In this document: positions 7,921-11,409 of the stretch, piece by piece
Layout of the letters: the number at the start of each line of letters is the position of its first letter
Position numbering within the stretch: the first letter of the stretch is position 1
NCBI GenBank assembly: GCA_039589315.1
Contig: JBDHHQ010000129.1
Coordinates: 1-11,409 of the forward strand
Length of the DNA stretch: 11,409 nt
Direction of reading: 5' to 3'
Source of the DNA: Gemmatimonadota bacterium
GTDB taxonomy: Bacteria; Gemmatimonadota; Gemmatimonadetes; Longimicrobiales; Gaopeijiaceae
Program-made: the position numbers and the translations under genes
Notes under the pieces: model-generated
Databases searched by the model: none
Told to the model about the DNA's origin: nothing
The model's input: only the letters and a program-made list of their open reading frames with translations

Positions 7921-8913
7921 GTGGGATTCGCCAGAGACGCAGCGGATCAGGTAGGACTCAGCGAAGCGATGGGTGAGCGAGGGATGCTCGAGGAGGTATT
8001 GGACGGCCTCGCGCGCAGCCAGAAGGAAGTGTCCTCGAAGTACTTCTACGATCACCGCGGGTCAGAGCTGTTCGAGAGGATCACGCAGCTCCCCGAGTAC
8101 TACCTCAGCCGAACGGAAGAGGCGCTGCTGGAGCGGTGGATTCCCGCATGGGTCCGGGACCTTCGGCCTCGCACGCTCGTTGAGCTCGGCGCCGGGAGCG
8201 CGAGGAAGACCCGGACGCTGCTGGACGCCATGACCGAGGCGGGGTCGGGGCAGCTCTTCGTGCCCGTGGACGTGAGCGGCGATTTCCTGCGGAATACGGT
8301 CCACCAGGTGCGCGAAGAATACCCCGATTTCAGCGTGGAGCCGGTGGTCGCGGACATCACCGAGCCGATCCATTTCGACGACCCGCTGCGGGGGCCAACG
8401 TTGGTGGTTCTGCTCGGTAGCACCATCGGCAACTTTCCCGACGACTCCGGCGTCCGCCTACTGTCGGCCGCCCGATCCTTCATGCAGGACGACGACCGGC
8501 TGCTCATGGGGGCGGACCTCCGTCCATCGGGAAGAAAGCCCGCGGCCGTCATCGAGTCGGCGTACAATGACGCGGCGGGTGTCACGGCTGAGTTCAACCT
8601 GAACGTGCTCCGCGTCTTGAACCGGGAGCTGGGCACGGACTTCCATCTGGGCCGGTTCCGTCACGTGGCCTTCTACGACGAGGCGCGCGGGCGCATCGAG
8701 ATGCACCTCGAGTCGCAGGCGAGGCAGGCCGTGCACTTCCCGGACGGCTTCGAGGTGGTGTTCGCGCCATGTGAGACCATCCGGACGGAGTTCAGCTGCA
8801 AGTACGACCAGGAGACCGTGATGGCCCTCTACCGAGAGGCCGGTTTGGCTCTGGATCGATGGGTGCAGGACCCCGAGGACCGCTTCTCGATCAGCCTCGC
8901 AAGGCCGGTCTGA
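7921..8913 (+). CDS. egtD: L-histidine N-alpha-trimethyltransferase EgtD
   Basis: KYFYDxxGSELFERIT, PEYY, ELGAGSARKT, LGSTIGNF, AYNDAAGVTAEFNLN, IEMHL, TEFSCKY. AGGAGG at 7910-7915 favours GTG 7921; GTG 7918 is the alternative. Confidence 0.95.
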   Translation: MGFARDAADQVGLSEAMGERGMLEEVLDGLARSQKEVSSKYFYDHRGSELFERITQLPEYYLSRTEEALLERWIPAWVRDLRPRTLVELGAGSARKTRTLLDAMTEAGSGQLFVPVDVSGDFLRNTVHQVREEYPDFSVEPVVADITEPIHFDDPLRGPTLVVLLGSTIGNFPDDSGVRLLSAARSFMQDDDRLLMGADLRPSGRKPAAVIESAYNDAAGVTAEFNLNVLRVLNRELGTDFHLGRFRHVAFYDEARGRIEMHLESQARQAVHFPDGFEVVFAPCETIRTEFSCKYDQETVMALYREAGLALDRWVQDPEDRFSISLARPV

Positions 8914-8920
8914 GGACGCC

Positions 8921-9285
8921 ATGCCCGGAGCCGCCGCTCCGACCCGTCCGTTCGACCGGGCCGCCGCATTTCGAGGACCTACGGGACAGGCTCTTCGCTC
9001 CGTCGACGTCGGACCGGGTGGGCGTCCCGTTCGAGTCCGGAGGTCAGGCGGAGTGGACCTCGGCGCCGTCAACGAACGTGGCGGCGGTGGTCGCAGAGGG
9101 CCAGCGCGTCATGGGGACGTTCATTGCGGCGCGACGCGCCGGAGGCCTTGTTCGAGCGGGCCTTGGCGGCGGACGACTTGTTTTCGGACCGGGTGCCGGG
9201 CGAGTCGTCCCCGGTAGCCGAGGGCGTGGACGCCGGGACCATGACCCGGTCCCAGAGGGCGGCCCGGCGATCAGGCCTTCGGTGA
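8921..9285 (+). pseudogene. egtA: Eroded remnant of egtA (GCS2-family glutamate-cysteine ligase) with frameshifts and large internal deletions
   Basis: ATG 8921 gives MPGAAAPTRPFDRAAA. A +1 shift gives FEDLRDRLFAPSTSDRVGV (8970-9026), stopping where the GxExE motif should finish. This is joined directly to FESGGQAEWTSAP (9030-9068, compare EPGGQxExSxxP). A third frame gives EALFERALAA...ESSP to TGA 9283-9285. About 365 nt versus roughly 1.2 kb expected. Directly follows egtD. Confidence 0.7.
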
Positions 9286-9301
9286 GCGAACAGAGGGGAG
9301 G

Positions 9302-10108
9302 CTATACGGCGACAGCGAACGTGCGCGTGCCGTCCTCGGTGACGTCGATCACGGTTTGAGGCGGGACCTCCACCCAGCTGGCATCGGCGTTCAGCGGCTC
9401 AGACGCCAGGATCACCCCGTCCGGGGCCATGGGTCCCCCCTCGGAGACGTACAGGCTGTTGGGTGTCCCGTCGGCGGCGGCCCTGCACGCCGCGAGGCGA
9501 CGCCCGTCGGTCAGCACCATGTTGAGCTGTGCATCCGCCCCTGCCTCGTGTGCTAGCTTGACCACGTCTCTCACGAGATCGGCCAGGGCCGCGGCGGGGC
9601 CGTTGGCTCGATTCGCCGCCCTGGGACCGTCGGCCTGATTCGCTGCGGCGACCGCCAGAAGGAACAGGGCCTCCGTGTCGGACACGCCGGTCAACCGAGC
9701 GAAGAGAGCGTCGGGGATCATGCGGTGTATGCGACGCATGAAGCGGGACCGGAAGTCGTCGATGTACCCGTTGAGCACGAACGCCCAGTTGTCGAGCACG
9801 AGTGGCGGGATGGCCGTCTCTGACGGCGGGATCCCCGTGGTGATGTCGCGAAGCGCCGCCACGGCTACGGGTGCGCGCACGGAGGCCAGGAGGCACTCCA
9901 GATCCTCGTCGTGCCATATGGGGAAGGAAGACGCGACCCGGACCGGCCCACCGTCGACGTACCACACGACGCCGTACCCGTCGGCGTTGACTGAGCCGGT
10001 GAGCAGCTCCTTGGGCCGGAAGCTCTGGGTCCACAGGGAGTGATCGCCTCCGAACACGAGTGGAGCGGGGGAGATGGCGGGGCCGGCGTACGCCACCAGG
10101 CGGCACAT
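9302..10108 (-). CDS. egtC: Class II glutamine amidotransferase (Ntn hydrolase), EgtC-like gamma-glutamyl-hercynylcysteine sulfoxide hydrolase
   Basis: N-terminal MCRL (nucleophilic Cys2), HSLWTQS, NADGYGVVWY, PIWHD, LNG, SDTEALF, LNMVLTDG, ASEPL; context next to egtBD. Confidence 0.88.
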   Translation of the reverse strand: MCRLVAYAGPAISPAPLVFGGDHSLWTQSFRPKELLTGSVNADGYGVVWYVDGGPVRVASSFPIWHDEDLECLLASVRAPVAVAALRDITTGIPPSETAIPPLVLDNWAFVLNGYIDDFRSRFMRRIHRMIPDALFARLTGVSDTEALFLLAVAAANQADGPRAANRANGPAAALADLVRDVVKLAHEAGADAQLNMVLTDGRRLAACRAAADGTPNSLYVSEGGPMAPDGVILASEPLNADASWVEVPPQTVIDVTEDGTRTFAVAV

Positions 10109-10110
10109 CG

Positions 10111-11163
10111 TCAGTCAGCCGTCGCCAGCAGAGCGGCAAGCCGATCGAGGTCCACGTTGCCCCCCGTCACGACCGCCACGACGGATCCGCTGGCGGGCAA
10201 CGGGACCTTACCCGCGATCAGGGCCGCCACACCGGCCGCTCCGGCTGGCTCTGCCAGCAGCTTGGTCCTGGAGAGGAGCAGCGTCATGGCATTCGCGATG
10301 TCCCCGTCGGTCACGGTGAGCACGTCGCTGGCTCGCGCCCGTACGTGGGCGAAGGTCAGCTCGCCGGCCATGGGAGGCGCCAGGCCATCGGCGATCGTAT
10401 CGATGTGCTCGATCCGGCTCGCCTCACCGCGGTCCAGGCTCAGACGCATGGCTGCGGCGCCCACGGGCTCCACGCCGAAGATGTCCACGTCCGGACGCAG
10501 CGCTCCTATCGAGGCGCAGATGCCGGAGATCTGACCCCCGCCACCGACCGGGACGACGACAGTGGCCATCGCCGGGACCTGGTCCAGGATCTCCAGGCCC
10601 ACCGTGCCCTGACCGGCGATGATGGCGGGGTCGTCGAAGGGGTGCACGAAGGTGAGGCCGCGGGTGTTCGCCAGCTCGTAGGCCAACTCGAAGGACTCGT
10701 GAACCGTGCCGCCGAAGACCACCTCAGCGCCGTACTCCCGGCTCGCGGCGGCCTTCGTGCCGGACGCACCGTCGGGCATCACGACGGTGGCCGCTACGCC
10801 AGCGGAGCCAGCCGCCCACGCGAGGGCCTGAGCGTGGTTGCCGGCAGAGATCGTCACGACGCCTCTGTCCCGGGCCGTCGAACCCATGGTGAGCAGGCGG
10901 TTGAGGGCTCCCCGGACCTTGAAGGACCCCGTCTTCTGGAGGTTCTCGCACTTCAGGAAGAGTCGGTCCACCCCGATCATGGCACCGAGGCTGGCGGAGC
11001 TCAGGGTGGGGGTGCGATGGACCCTCGCCCCGATGCGCTCGGCCGCAGCCGGATGGTCCCAGGTCTCCCGATACTCGCCCGGGGCTCCCCCGACCGCCAG
11101 CCCGGGTGAGCCACGTCGATGTGGGCCAGGGCGCAGGCGGTGAGCCAGCGCGCTGCCGCGCAT
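10111..11163 (-). CDS. PLP-dependent Ser/Thr dehydratase-family protein (fold type II, no ACT domain); start uncertain
   Basis: AAAERI..VHRTP, FLKCENLQKTGSFKVRGA (PLP Lys), SAGNHAQ, HPFDD, GQGT, VPVGGGG, IADGLA, EPAGAA, TGGNVD. Recognisable homology starts near 11050; the nearest upstream in-frame ATG is 11163. Confidence 0.9.
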   Translation of the reverse strand: MRGSALAHRLRPGPHRRGSPGLAVGGAPGEYRETWDHPAAAERIGARVHRTPTLSSASLGAMIGVDRLFLKCENLQKTGSFKVRGALNRLLTMGSTARDRGVVTISAGNHAQALAWAAGSAGVAATVVMPDGASGTKAAASREYGAEVVFGGTVHESFELAYELANTRGLTFVHPFDDPAIIAGQGTVGLEILDQVPAMATVVVPVGGGGQISGICASIGALRPDVDIFGVEPVGAAAMRLSLDRGEASRIEHIDTIADGLAPPMAGELTFAHVRARASDVLTVTDGDIANAMTLLLSRTKLLAEPAGAAGVAALIAGKVPLPASGSVVAVVTGGNVDLDRLAALLATAD

Positions 11164-11229
11164 CGCTTCAGCGACTAGACCCACCTGGGCTTCGCCGGTA
11201 TTTTGCAGAGCGTTACGGGAGACGATGGG
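11058..11229. ncRNA. Candidate structured RNA or inverted-repeat element (rod-like hairpin, 6S-like size); family unassigned
   Basis: Nested pairings: gtctcccg 11063-70 / cgggagac 11216-23; agcccgggtg 11099-108 / cacctgggct 11182-91; gtcg 11116-19 / cgac 11172-75; gcgc-a-ggcggtg 11131-42 / cgctgcc-gcgc 11151-61. Confidence 0.3.
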
Positions 11230-11295
11230 CGGACGGGTGGTGAGAACCTGTGTCCGCCTCGCGACCGGGGCCGGACCCACAGCACTGGAGGCTCA

Positions 11296-11409
11296 ATGAT
11301 TTCTCCGCGACGTCTGTCCTTCGCGCTCGCGATCCTGGTTGCCGTTTCGGCGTGCAGCGACGACGACGGCGGCAACGGGACGGAGCCCACACCGCTATCC
11401 GCGCTCGTC
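11296..11409 (+). CDS. Putative lipoprotein, N-terminal 38 aa only (runs off the window; absent from the ORF track)
   Basis: GGAGG 11287-11291, ATG 11296. MISPRRLSFALAILVAVSA-CSDDDGGNGTEPTPLSALV has a basic n-region, a hydrophobic h-region and lipobox VSAC. Confidence 0.85.
   Translation, partial: MISPRRLSFALAILVAVSACSDDDGGNGTEPTPLSALV

Noticed and set aside
8560..8604. EgtD GVTAEFN Thr (reported phosphosite in M. tuberculosis) as the target of the nearby PP2C
   Set aside because: The Thr is a generally conserved substrate-binding residue, and the phosphatase is about 6 kb away in a different transcription unit.
8859..9359. ORFs 8859-9359 and 8921-9217 as real genes
   Set aside because: Each contains only one piece of the egtA remnant and then runs into unrelated sequence; 8859-9359 overlaps both neighbours.
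11058..11229. Cobalamin or lysine riboswitch
   Set aside because: Only a partial 'ggagacctg' similarity; the core conserved motifs are absent.

Overview
High-GC bacterial window; the style of the lipoprotein signal peptide and the GC level suggest Gemmatimonadota, which is inference only. The left part holds the 3' end of a BY-kinase (Wzc/CpsD-type tyrosine autokinase), a tail-anchored PP2C/PPM phosphatase with a long acidic xxPxE repeat linker, a small hypothetical gene and an MFS transporter. The centre and right form a rearranged ergothioneine locus. An Opu/EgtU-like ABC importer (CBS-less ATPase plus an N-terminal SBP-permease fusion) is divergent from egtB-egtD. These are followed by a heavily eroded egtA (glutamate-cysteine ligase) remnant that the ORF track does not resolve. 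On the opposite strand, egtC lies 2 nt downstream of a fold-type II PLP Ser/Thr dehydratase-like gene. No egtE is present in the window, so the dehydratase is a candidate substitute C-S lyase. A roughly 170-nt rod-like structured segment overlaps the dehydratase 5' end and precedes a lipoprotein gene truncated by the window edge. All calls rest on motif recognition by eye; no searches were run.
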